A stretch of 33,693 nt of DNA from an archaeon (GTDB lineage: Archaea; Aenigmatarchaeota; Aenigmatarchaeia; GW2011-AR5): the NCBI GenBank assembly GCA_035290885.1, contig DATDTL010000019.1, positions 1 to 33,693 on the forward strand. Direction: 5' to 3'. The notes below the pieces were generated by a model. It was not told the DNA's origin. It ran no database searches and was given only the letters and a program-made list of their open reading frames with translations. Shown here one piece after another: positions 1-6,432 of this stretch. Within the stretch, counting starts at the first letter, position 1, and the number at the start of each line of letters is the position of its first letter. The position numbers were made by a program, and so were the translations under genes.

Positions 1-123
1 TTTGTGCTCGTTATGAGCGCCAGCTACTCGCTTCTTGAGCCGGTTCGGGCAGCGGCTGTGACCGGAGCGTTTATTCTGCTCATGATGATAGTCGGCTTCA
101 TCCATACAAGGAGAAAGAAATGA
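1..123 (+). CDS. 3' end of a hypothetical membrane protein (partial, continues left of the window)
   Basis: Frame 1 is open from the window edge to TGA at 121-123. The tail FVLVMSASYSLLEPVRAAAVTGAFILLMMIVGFIHTRRKK is a hydrophobic helix followed by a basic end. No family recognised. It may overlap the ncRNA candidate. Confidence 0.3.
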   Translation, partial: FVLVMSASYSLLEPVRAAAVTGAFILLMMIVGFIHTRRKK

Positions 124-435
124 AGTCCGTGGGAATTTTTCGTATGTCTTCTGAATTGCCCTAACACTCGTTATTGGAAGCAATCCGTAAAAATCTTGAG
201 AAAATCATCCCGTCACTGATGGCGGGAATGGCGAATAAGTGGCGGGCTTTGCGAAAAACAGAAGCCAATGCCAGAAAGCTTGCGATTTTAACGGCCACTT
301 GCCTTTGGCTTTCCTTCTCGTCCTAAGCGCAGTTCAAACGTGGCAGCCTCATCCCCACGCCGAATCTTCGTGTTTTCGTGAAGATTAGCCGGCGTTTTCG
401 CCGGCTTAAGCCTGCGGCTTTTGATGCGCAGGTTG
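90..435 (+). ncRNA. Candidate structured ncRNA (RNase P RNA-like motifs; identity and strand uncertain)
   Basis: About 350 nt lacks a credible ORF and is dense in helices. Stems: aatcttc 363-369 / gaagatt 380-386; gccggcg 388-394 / cgccggc 399-405 (loop tttt); cctgcg 411-416 / cgcagg 427-432; aagtggc 237-243 / gccactt 294-300; cttcat/atgaag around 93-125. GAAGUCCG at 122-129 and CCGGCUUAAG at 401-410 resemble the two strands of the RNase P P4 helix (AAG-U-CCG / CGGCUU with a bulged U). GAAGAUUAG at 380-388 resembles the AGAUGAAUG-type J18/2 element. The A-rich J2/4 consensus is not matched. Confidence 0.3.
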
Positions 436-488
436 CAAAGAAAAACTCCGTGAATCAATGCTAAAAAACAAAACACTCGGCAAATGCC

Positions 489-662
489 TTACTTGTTGGA
501 CAGCTTCTTCTTCTTGACGAACTCCCAAAGCTTCTTGGTCATCTCGCTCGGGGCGATCGGCTTGTTTCCGAAGACTTCCTCAACCGTCTCGGTCCTGCCG
601 GCGAAGTTTATGGAATAGCCGCCGAAAGGCACTTTCTTCTTACCCAGAAGTTTTCCTATCAT
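489..662 (-). CDS. Small basic protein (57 aa) with a SWIB/MDM2-like half-motif, directly downstream of cdc6
   Basis: Not in the supplied ORF track (under 60 aa). ATG at 660-662 (minus), stop at 489-491. Translation: MIGKLLGKKKVPFGGYSINFAGRTETVEEVFGNKPIAPSEMTKKLWEFVKKKKLSNK. It starts 4 nt after the cdc6 stop on the same strand. The segment VEEVFGNKPIAPSEMTKKLWEFVKKKKL resembles the N-terminal half of SWIB domains (..G....R.E..KKLW.YIK...L). Confidence 0.5.
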   Translation of the reverse strand: MIGKLLGKKKVPFGGYSINFAGRTETVEEVFGNKPIAPSEMTKKLWEFVKKKKLSNK

Positions 663-666
663 GTGT

Positions 667-1671
667 TCACCTCTTTTTTATTAATCTAGTGTTGCCCGCG
701 CCTCTTATAGCTTCCGTTTCTATGGCATTCGCCGCTTCCAGGCGCTGGAGAACGCGGTAGAACTTTGTGTAGCCCATTTTTTCCTCCACGAAGGAATAGA
801 GTTCCCCGGATTTTATGCCTTCTGGCGGTATGAACGACAGCAATTCGGATTCTTCCTTGGGCAAAGAAGCTTCTTCCAGAACTATGTGTTTCCGCTCTAT
901 GGACAAGGACGCGTCCGCCTCGGCGTTTACAGCGGCCTTGCGGATGGCTTCTATGCCAAAACGCAGGTCATGCTTCGCATAAGTAGCATCGGCTATTTCC
1001 CTAAGCAACGAATCTTCAAGCACCCCGGCATACAGCCCCGCATCGCGGCGCTGCTTCAGTATCTGGAGCGTTTCCTCTGCGGCATATTCCGGGAACCTTA
1101 TCTCCTCCGGCTGGAAAACGGAACGGACCTTGTCGTCAAGCTTCTGCATTATGTTCTTGTCGGTAACCGCTATCACTGACACGCCTACGCCCGGGTAGGC
1201 CTCGGCAGCCCTGAGCAGGTCGTAGAGAACCTTGTTCATGTCCGAAAGCAGATACTGTATGTCGTCCAGAGCCACTATCAGATACTTTTTCTCCCTCACG
1301 AGCCGGCCGAATATCTTGTCGTATATCGCAGGAAGCGATATGCCAGTGTCCGGCGGCAGGAACCCTAATATTTTCCGGTGGATTTCTGAAAACACCCTGT
1401 AAGGCGACGCGGCTATCTCGCTGTTTATGCGGACGCAGAATGGGCCTGACAACTGGTCAAAAATTATCTTCACTGCCGTGGTCTTCCCGGTTGCCGGAGC
1501 TCCTATGAGAAGCAGATTCGCAGCCTTCCGGCTGCGCCTTGCAGGCTTCAGCGCAGTTGCCATGGCATGGAGCTGGCTGTCACGAAAGGAGAACACATCC
1601 GGGACATGGTCGAAAGAGAAGGCTTCCTCGTCCTTGAACAGCGTTTCCTCTGCGAGCAGCATCCGCTTCAT
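667..1671 (-). CDS. cdc6: Orc1/Cdc6 replication initiator (AAA+ ATPase plus C-terminal winged helix)
   Basis: 334 aa. Walker A LLLIGAPATGKTT, Walker B YLIVALDDIQ, sensor and winged-helix-like C-terminus (GYTKFYRVLQRLEAANAIE). A TATA-like atataaaa lies at 1692-1699, about 24 nt upstream. Confidence 0.9.
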   Translation of the reverse strand: MKRMLLAEETLFKDEEAFSFDHVPDVFSFRDSQLHAMATALKPARRSRKAANLLLIGAPATGKTTAVKIIFDQLSGPFCVRINSEIAASPYRVFSEIHRKILGFLPPDTGISLPAIYDKIFGRLVREKKYLIVALDDIQYLLSDMNKVLYDLLRAAEAYPGVGVSVIAVTDKNIMQKLDDKVRSVFQPEEIRFPEYAAEETLQILKQRRDAGLYAGVLEDSLLREIADATYAKHDLRFGIEAIRKAAVNAEADASLSIERKHIVLEEASLPKEESELLSFIPPEGIKSGELYSFVEEKMGYTKFYRVLQRLEAANAIETEAIRGAGNTRLIKKR

Positions 1672-1691
1672 TTGTATAAATGACCTGCAAG

Positions 1692-1699
1692 ATATAAAA
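1692..1699 (-). promoter_or_regulatory. TATA-like box for cdc6
   Basis: The minus strand reads ttttatat about 24 nt upstream of the cdc6 ATG (1671), consistent with a leaderless archaeal promoter. Confidence 0.4.
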
Positions 1700-1703
1700 C
1701 GAG

Positions 1704-1883
1704 CTACGGCGCCATTGCCCTTGAAAGAAGATACGCTATGACGGCAACCGCGGCAAGGGCCGTGGAAATGACCAGCATCATCTTCACCTTCTTCTTTGCG
1801 CCCCGCTTTTTCCTCTCCTCGTCAAGCGACTGCTCTTTTATGCGCTTCCTCTGCTCCCTTTCGTGATGCGTTGCCATCCGCAT
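1704..1883 (-). CDS. Small tail-anchored membrane protein (59 aa)
   Basis: Only the 3' part of track ORF 1704..2342 is plausible; the rest is antisense to the GNAT gene. MRMATHHEREQRKRIKEQSLDEERKKRGAKKKVKMMLVISTALAAVAVIAYLLSRAMAP is a highly charged N-terminus plus one TM helix. A TATA element sits about 23-25 nt upstream. Confidence 0.5.
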   Translation of the reverse strand: MRMATHHEREQRKRIKEQSLDEERKKRGAKKKVKMMLVISTALAAVAVIAYLLSRAMAP

Positions 1884-1901
1884 TACTTTTCCTTTCATAT
1901 G

Positions 1902-1909
1902 ATTTATAG
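1902..1909. promoter_or_regulatory. Single central TATA element shared by divergent leaderless genes (starts 1883 minus, 1933 plus)
   Basis: atttatag / ctataaat lies about 23-27 nt from both start codons, which are only 49 nt apart. Confidence 0.45.
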
Positions 1910-1932
1910 TTAACCCGGCAAATATTCTGGAT

Positions 1933-2403
1933 ATGAAATTCGGCGTGCGCCCGGCGACAATGAAGGATCTGGAAGACATAGCACTTCTTTGCAGGGACTT
2001 GTGCGTCCTTGAGTCCGGAAGCTTCGACCCTATCGTGAACCCTGACTGGCCGCTCTCGGAATCCGGCAGACGGTATTTGAGCAAGCGTATAGAAAGCGAC
2101 GACGCTCGCACTTTTGTCGCGGTTTCACGGGGTAAAATTTTCGGGTATATAATCGGAGCTGTTACAAGAGAGGAATACAAGACCATTCCGGCATACGGCG
2201 AGCTTGTCAGCATATTCGTCCGTGAGAAATGCCGTATGTCTGGGGCAGGCAGGGCACTTTTCAATGCGTTTGCCGGATGGTACAGGAAACGCGGCATATC
2301 GCGCTTTAGGGCTATCGCCTCCTTGGCCAACAAAGCAGGCATGGAATTCTACAAGAGCATGGGCTTCCGCGAATGGGAATACATTCTTGAAGGGGATTTC
2401 TAG
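1933..2403 (+). CDS. GNAT family N-acetyltransferase
   Basis: 156 aa. Acetyl-CoA binding core ..VREKCRMSGAGRALFNAFAGWYRKRG.. (R/Q-x-x-G-x-G/A) and C-terminal NKAGMEFYKSMGF, typical of GNAT. Confidence 0.85.
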   Translation: MKFGVRPATMKDLEDIALLCRDLCVLESGSFDPIVNPDWPLSESGRRYLSKRIESDDARTFVAVSRGKIFGYIIGAVTREEYKTIPAYGELVSIFVREKCRMSGAGRALFNAFAGWYRKRGISRFRAIASLANKAGMEFYKSMGFREWEYILEGDF

Positions 2404-2570
2404 CGGGTTTTCCGGCTTTTCCTCCCGTGGCTTGCCCAATAAGTCCGGAATGAGCCGACAAGTTGCGTTCCATGCGAATGCAATCATAACATCTTGTGCC
2501 CGCTTGCTGCTTTTTGGGCAAAGCCCCTCCGTAAAAGGTATTTAACCATTCCGTTCTAACCTATCATGGT

Positions 2571-3776
2571 ATGAAGTTTGAAGAAATGAACATAGACCCG
2601 AGGATGCTGGAGCTTATACACAAGCTTGGCATAACCGAGCCTACTGAAATACAGGAAAAATCCATCCCGCCGGGAATGGCAGGCAAGGACGTGATCGGGC
2701 AAAGCATGACCGGCTCCGGCAAGACGCTTGCATTTTCCGTACCCATACTCCACGGCGTGAAGCGGGACGGCGGAATCCAGGCACTGATTCTTGTGCCTAC
2801 AAGAGAACTCGCCAACCAAGTCGCTGAATTCATGCATTCCGTTTCTTTCGGCGGCATAAAGGTCTGCCGCGTTTTCGGAGGCGTTTCAATAGAGCCTCAG
2901 ATAAGCCACCTGCGAAGGGCTGAAGTCGTTGTCGGCACGCCGGGGAGGGTGCTTGACCACATCGAAAGGAGAACAATAGAGCTCCAGAACATCAAATTCT
3001 TTGTTTTGGACGAGGCTGACAGAATGCTGGACATGGGCTTCATAGACGACATAAGAAGGGTAATAACAAAGCTGCCGAAAAACAGGCAGACGATGCTGTT
3101 TTCAGCTACAATACCTGACGAAATAATGTACATAATCAGGAATTTCATGAAGGAGCCTGTCAAGCTCAAGGCCCAGATATTCGTGTCGAAACATCAGCTA
3201 AAGCAATATTATTACAACGTCAGGGACGAGGAGAAGCTGTCGCTTCTGCTGCACCTGATTAAGAAGGAGAAGCCTTCCCGCGCCATAATTTTCACGGCAA
3301 CCAAGAGGATGACCAGCATAGTTGCCAGCATTCTAAGGGAAAACAGCGTGGATGCCGAGGCGATAAACGGCGACATGCCGCAGACCAAGAGGATGAACGT
3401 CATGGAGGGATTCCATCACGGCAAGCCCCACATCCTCGTTGCCACGGATGTCGCTTCGCGAGGGCTGGACATCAAGGATGTTACCCACATATTCAACTTT
3501 GACGTGCCGAACGACCCGGACTCTTATACTCACAGGATAGGCAGGACGGCAAGAATGGAGGCCGAAGGCAAGGCCATAACGCTCCTTTCACCGAAGGACC
3601 ACGAGCCTTTCAGGCACATCATAAGGCAGGTCAAGGACATAGAAAAGGTTGAAGAGCCCGACTTCCCAAGGATACAGATCAACATGCGCGCGCACGACCA
3701 TCGAGGACAAAGAAGCGGCGGCGGATTTGCCAGCCGATCCGGCGGCAGAAGGCGCAGTTTTGGAAGGCGGTATTGA
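2571..3776 (+). CDS. DEAD-box ATP-dependent RNA helicase with RGG-rich C-terminal tail
   Basis: 401 aa. Q motif (GITEPTEIQ), motif I GQSMTGSGKT, Ia PTRELA, II VLDEADRML, III SAT, VI HRIGRTAR. C-terminus RGQRSGGGFASRSGGRRRSFGRRY. Confidence 0.95.
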   Translation: MKFEEMNIDPRMLELIHKLGITEPTEIQEKSIPPGMAGKDVIGQSMTGSGKTLAFSVPILHGVKRDGGIQALILVPTRELANQVAEFMHSVSFGGIKVCRVFGGVSIEPQISHLRRAEVVVGTPGRVLDHIERRTIELQNIKFFVLDEADRMLDMGFIDDIRRVITKLPKNRQTMLFSATIPDEIMYIIRNFMKEPVKLKAQIFVSKHQLKQYYYNVRDEEKLSLLLHLIKKEKPSRAIIFTATKRMTSIVASILRENSVDAEAINGDMPQTKRMNVMEGFHHGKPHILVATDVASRGLDIKDVTHIFNFDVPNDPDSYTHRIGRTARMEAEGKAITLLSPKDHEPFRHIIRQVKDIEKVEEPDFPRIQINMRAHDHRGQRSGGGFASRSGGRRRSFGRRY

Positions 3777-3865
3777 TTCGTTGAATTAAAACCGGATACT
3801 ACTCGCCATCTGAATGTTTGCATGGTTTTATAAATAACCGGCTTATTAATAATTAGGATAATACC

Positions 3866-4300
3866 ATGCCAAAATTAAATGTATATCTCAATTTTGCAGG
3901 CAACACGGAAGAAGCGTTCACGTTTTACAAATCCGTTTTTGGAGGAGAATTTACAGCAGTAGTCCGCTTCAAAGACATGCCGATGGAAGGCGTGAACATA
4001 CCAAAAGAACACCAGAACAAAATCATGCATATTGGCTTGCCAATTGGCAAAGACAACATGCTTATGGGTACCGATGCCCTTGAATCGCTCGGGCAAAAAC
4101 TGATACAGGGCAATAATGTTCACATTTCAATCCATCCTGGCAGCAAGAAGGAAGCGGACATTACATTTAACGCGCTTTCCGAAGGCGGCACTGTAGAAAT
4201 GCCTATTGCCAACCAGCCGTGGGGCGATTATTACGGTTCGTTCAAAGACAAATTCGGCGTACAATGGATGGTCAATTATAGCCCACCCAAGCCCCAATAA
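3866..4300 (+). CDS. VOC (glyoxalase/bleomycin-resistance fold) family protein, YjdN/PhnB-like
   Basis: 144 aa. LNFAGNTEEAFTFYKSVFGG....IMHI.L.IG...LMGTD ... MPIANQPWGDYYGSFKDKFGVQWMVN is the characteristic pattern of this family. Confidence 0.8.
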   Translation: MPKLNVYLNFAGNTEEAFTFYKSVFGGEFTAVVRFKDMPMEGVNIPKEHQNKIMHIGLPIGKDNMLMGTDALESLGQKLIQGNNVHISIHPGSKKEADITFNALSEGGTVEMPIANQPWGDYYGSFKDKFGVQWMVNYSPPKPQ

Positions 4301-4368
4301 GGAGAAACAATACGAAATCAGAAATATGATCAAGCGGTTTTTAATAACAGGAAGAAGAAATAAATAGC

Positions 4369-4698
4369 ATGAACGGCAAACGCATAATAATCTCTTCTTC
4401 CGACGAAATCATGGAAATAAACAAGAGGCTCGGCGAGACAGTTCTGAACAGAAACTCAATGGATTCCCTTATAGCAAAGATAGAATCCAAATACAAGGAC
4501 AGGGACTTCACGAGGCAGGTTGCAAAAATCGCCGCCATAATGTGGATGGACATAATTCAGTTGCATCCGTTTCTTGACGGGAACAAAAGAACCGCCACAG
4601 AAGCCGTGATGCTGTTCCTAAAAAATAACGGTTTTATCTTAGATACCACGACCGCAGGAAAGGTCTTCATAAGCCTGAAAATCATGGAGAAGCTTTAG
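4369..4698 (+). CDS. doc: Doc (death-on-curing) / Fic-fold toxin
   Basis: 109 aa carrying the Doc-type Fic motif HPFLDGNKRTA, followed by AVMLFLKNNGF. Confidence 0.8.
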   Translation: MNGKRIIISSSDEIMEINKRLGETVLNRNSMDSLIAKIESKYKDRDFTRQVAKIAAIMWMDIIQLHPFLDGNKRTATEAVMLFLKNNGFILDTTTAGKVFISLKIMEKL

Positions 4699-4703
4699 AG
4701 CCG

Positions 4704-5000
4704 TTACTTGTACTCGCGCCAAGTGTGCTTGCACTTTGTGCACTTGTAGAACTGGGTCGGCGGCTCGTCCGAGGAGCGGGTCTGGATAAGCCACCAGTAG
4801 GCGCGGGTGTTGGCGCATTTGGGGCAGCGCACGTCCGTTTCCGGCAAATCCGGCTTGTTGTCCTCTATGACTATCGTTCCCTTCTTTTCGGTGCGCGTCG
4901 TTATCTTGGACGCCTTCATCGCCTGCGCCTTACCGCAGTTCCGGCACTTCGCAGCCTCGCCGGTGGAAACGATCATGCCGCCGCAGTCGCAGAATTGCAT
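4704..5000 (-). CDS. tfs: Transcription factor S (TFIIS-type cleavage factor), paralog 1
   Basis: 98 aa. N-terminal zinc ribbon CDCG...CRNCG, C-terminal zinc ribbon CPKC...CTKC, and the acidic hairpin WWLIQTRSSDEPPTQFYKC. Confidence 0.9.
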   Translation of the reverse strand: MQFCDCGGMIVSTGEAAKCRNCGKAQAMKASKITTRTEKKGTIVIEDNKPDLPETDVRCPKCANTRAYWWLIQTRSSDEPPTQFYKCTKCKHTWREYK

Positions 5001-5071
5001 TCCCTTAATTGGAAGGAAGGCTTAAATTGATAATTTTTTGGTTTTATAAATTTGAAGGCGCATAATATTTC

Positions 5072-5450
5072 ATGACAACGCTTGCCAATAACCCGTTTGC
5101 GCCGGAAAGCATGGACTGGAAAAAGCATTCTCTCCTTATGCTAATGCTGTAAAACAATTTGCCGATGCAAAAGGCATGAATATTATTGAATGGTATAACG
5201 ATCTTTCTGTATGGATTCTTGAAACCCAATACGGCAACCTTCATCGGGGCATACAACTGGGATACACGGGAGAAAGACTCGGCATCAGCGCTTATGCATG
5301 TATAGATAGAAACGGCACAGAAAAATAACCAGTGGACCAAAAAATCATGTTCTTTCATGGACCGAAGGAGATGCAGTTGACATAGCATCCATACTGGATG
5401 CGGCTTACGAGAGGGCATTTGGCTTCACGGAAGACGACTTAGAATCATAG
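5072..5450 (+). pseudogene. Probable decayed paralog of the downstream PIN-domain gene
   Basis: Coding-like fragments lie in three frames, interrupted by stops. One fragment is ..FSPYANAVKQFADAKGMNIIEWYND..ISAYACIDRNGTEK*. The other is ..GDAVDIASILDAAYERAFGFTEDDLES*. They weakly match the intact PIN protein (VIYQLFKDAKID; ..SKIEHAFGIKIMHPKDLL*). The fragment has the same convergent overlap with a paralogous micro-ORF as the intact copy. Track ORF 5044..5418 (minus) looks non-coding. Confidence 0.35.
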
Positions 5451-5526
5451 ACTTGGCTTTTTCAAAAAGGCGCATCTTGTCTGCTTTCCTGTAAAGTTCT
5501 TCCAAACCTTTCTCTTGCGTTTTCAC
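5425..5526 (-). CDS. Helical micro-ORF (33 aa, GTG start), paralog of 6060..6170
   Basis: (V/M)KTQEKGLEELYRKADKMRLFEKAKSMILSRLP shares the core LEELY.KADK..LFE.AK with the second copy. A TATA-like ctttaatt (plus 5548-5557) lies about 26 nt upstream. Its 3' end overlaps the pseudogene 3' end. Confidence 0.4.
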   Translation of the reverse strand: MKTQEKGLEELYRKADKMRLFEKAKSMILSRLP

Positions 5527-5580
5527 GCCAAATAATATGCAGCAAACGAATTAAAGGTTTTATTTGAGCATTAGACAAAT

Positions 5581-5588
5581 ATTTATAC
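5581..5588 (+). promoter_or_regulatory. TATA-like box for the PIN gene
   Basis: atttatac is centred about 25 nt upstream of the ATG at 5610. Confidence 0.4.
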
Positions 5589-5609
5589 GATGCGAAACGG
5601 TAAGATTAT

Positions 5610-6068
5610 ATGAAAGAAGAAAGATTGATGTCGTTGCCCCTGCATCACATTGACACGTCAGTGATACTCGAAACCAGAAGAACCGAGAACGGCAGATACT
5701 GCAGAAGATATCTGCAGTTAGTCAGCTATAAGTATAAGGGAATTGTGTCGTTTCCGGCTTTAAGTGAAATATTTTCCGTTGCACTGACAATAGAGGACTA
5801 CAATAGAAGAGAAGATTTCTTGGAAGTAATCTATCAGCTTTTCAAGGATGCAAAAATCGATACATATGTCTCGAAAAATATGGACCGAATTTCACTTCAG
5901 ATAGAAAATATTGACTCCAGAATTCGCGGTTCCGACAGATGGATACTGGCTTCTTCTATAGAAGCTAACGCTTCTGCATTAGTCACATTGGACAAGGAAC
6001 TGCTTGAAAATTCAAAAATAGAACACGCATTTGGAATAAAAATAATGCATCCCAAAGACTTACTCTAG
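5610..6068 (+). CDS. PIN-domain nuclease (VapC-like)
   Basis: 152 aa. N-terminal acidic residue in HHIDTSVILE, a central SE, and C-terminal acidic residues in SDRWILASSIEANASALVTLDKEL, which is the usual PIN spacing. Confidence 0.75.
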   Translation: MKEERLMSLPLHHIDTSVILETRRTENGRYCRRYLQLVSYKYKGIVSFPALSEIFSVALTIEDYNRREDFLEVIYQLFKDAKIDTYVSKNMDRISLQIENIDSRIRGSDRWILASSIEANASALVTLDKELLENSKIEHAFGIKIMHPKDLL

Positions 6069-6170
6069 CCGCTTCTTTAATTTCTCATGTATGGCTTTTG
6101 CCTGCTCGAAAAGATGTATTTTGTCGGCCTTCTCATACAGTTCTTCCAGACGTTTTCTGCTTTTTTGCAT
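6060..6170 (-). CDS. Helical micro-ORF (36 aa) convergently overlapping the PIN 3' end by 9 nt
   Basis: Not in the ORF track. ATG at 6168-6170 (minus), TAA at 6060-6062. Translation: MQKSRKRLEELYEKADKIHLFEQAKAIHEKLKKRLE. A TATA-like ctttaaattc (plus 6190-6199) lies about 25 nt upstream. Confidence 0.45.
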   Translation of the reverse strand: MQKSRKRLEELYEKADKIHLFEQAKAIHEKLKKRLE

Positions 6171-6432
6171 AATTTATTATCTTTTCATAGAATTTAAAGT
6201 TTTTCCGGCGTTCACTTCAAGCTCCGCGCCATATAGCCTGTGGCGATAAGTATCGCAACGCCGCGGCCGCTGACAACCAAAAGCTCGTCTCGGGGCTCGC
6301 GGGAAAGAGATAGATGTCAAGAAGCCCCAGACTCCCCTCCAGAACAATATTATGCCAAGCTTATGACAAGCGCGAAGAGGAGCTTATGGTTCCGGGTTAG
6401 TTTGCGCATCTTTCTATTTGGTGGACGCTCTA

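Noticed and set aside
288-476. Track ORF (62 aa, minus) inside the non-coding block.
   Set aside because: The translation is basic and low-complexity with no start context. It coincides with the hairpin-rich candidate RNA.
130-488. The non-coding block next to the cdc6 operon as the replication origin (oriC).
   Set aside because: It is not notably AT-rich, has no repeated ORB/mini-ORB-like elements, and lies downstream rather than upstream of cdc6. Its many short perfect stems look more like a structured RNA. The origin idea is kept only as an alternative in the ncRNA finding.
1704-2342. 212-aa minus-strand ORF upstream of cdc6.
   Set aside because: Most of it is antisense to the well-supported GNAT gene and reads as junk. 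Only the last 59 codons (1704..1883), which have their own TATA box and a charged-plus-TM layout, were kept.
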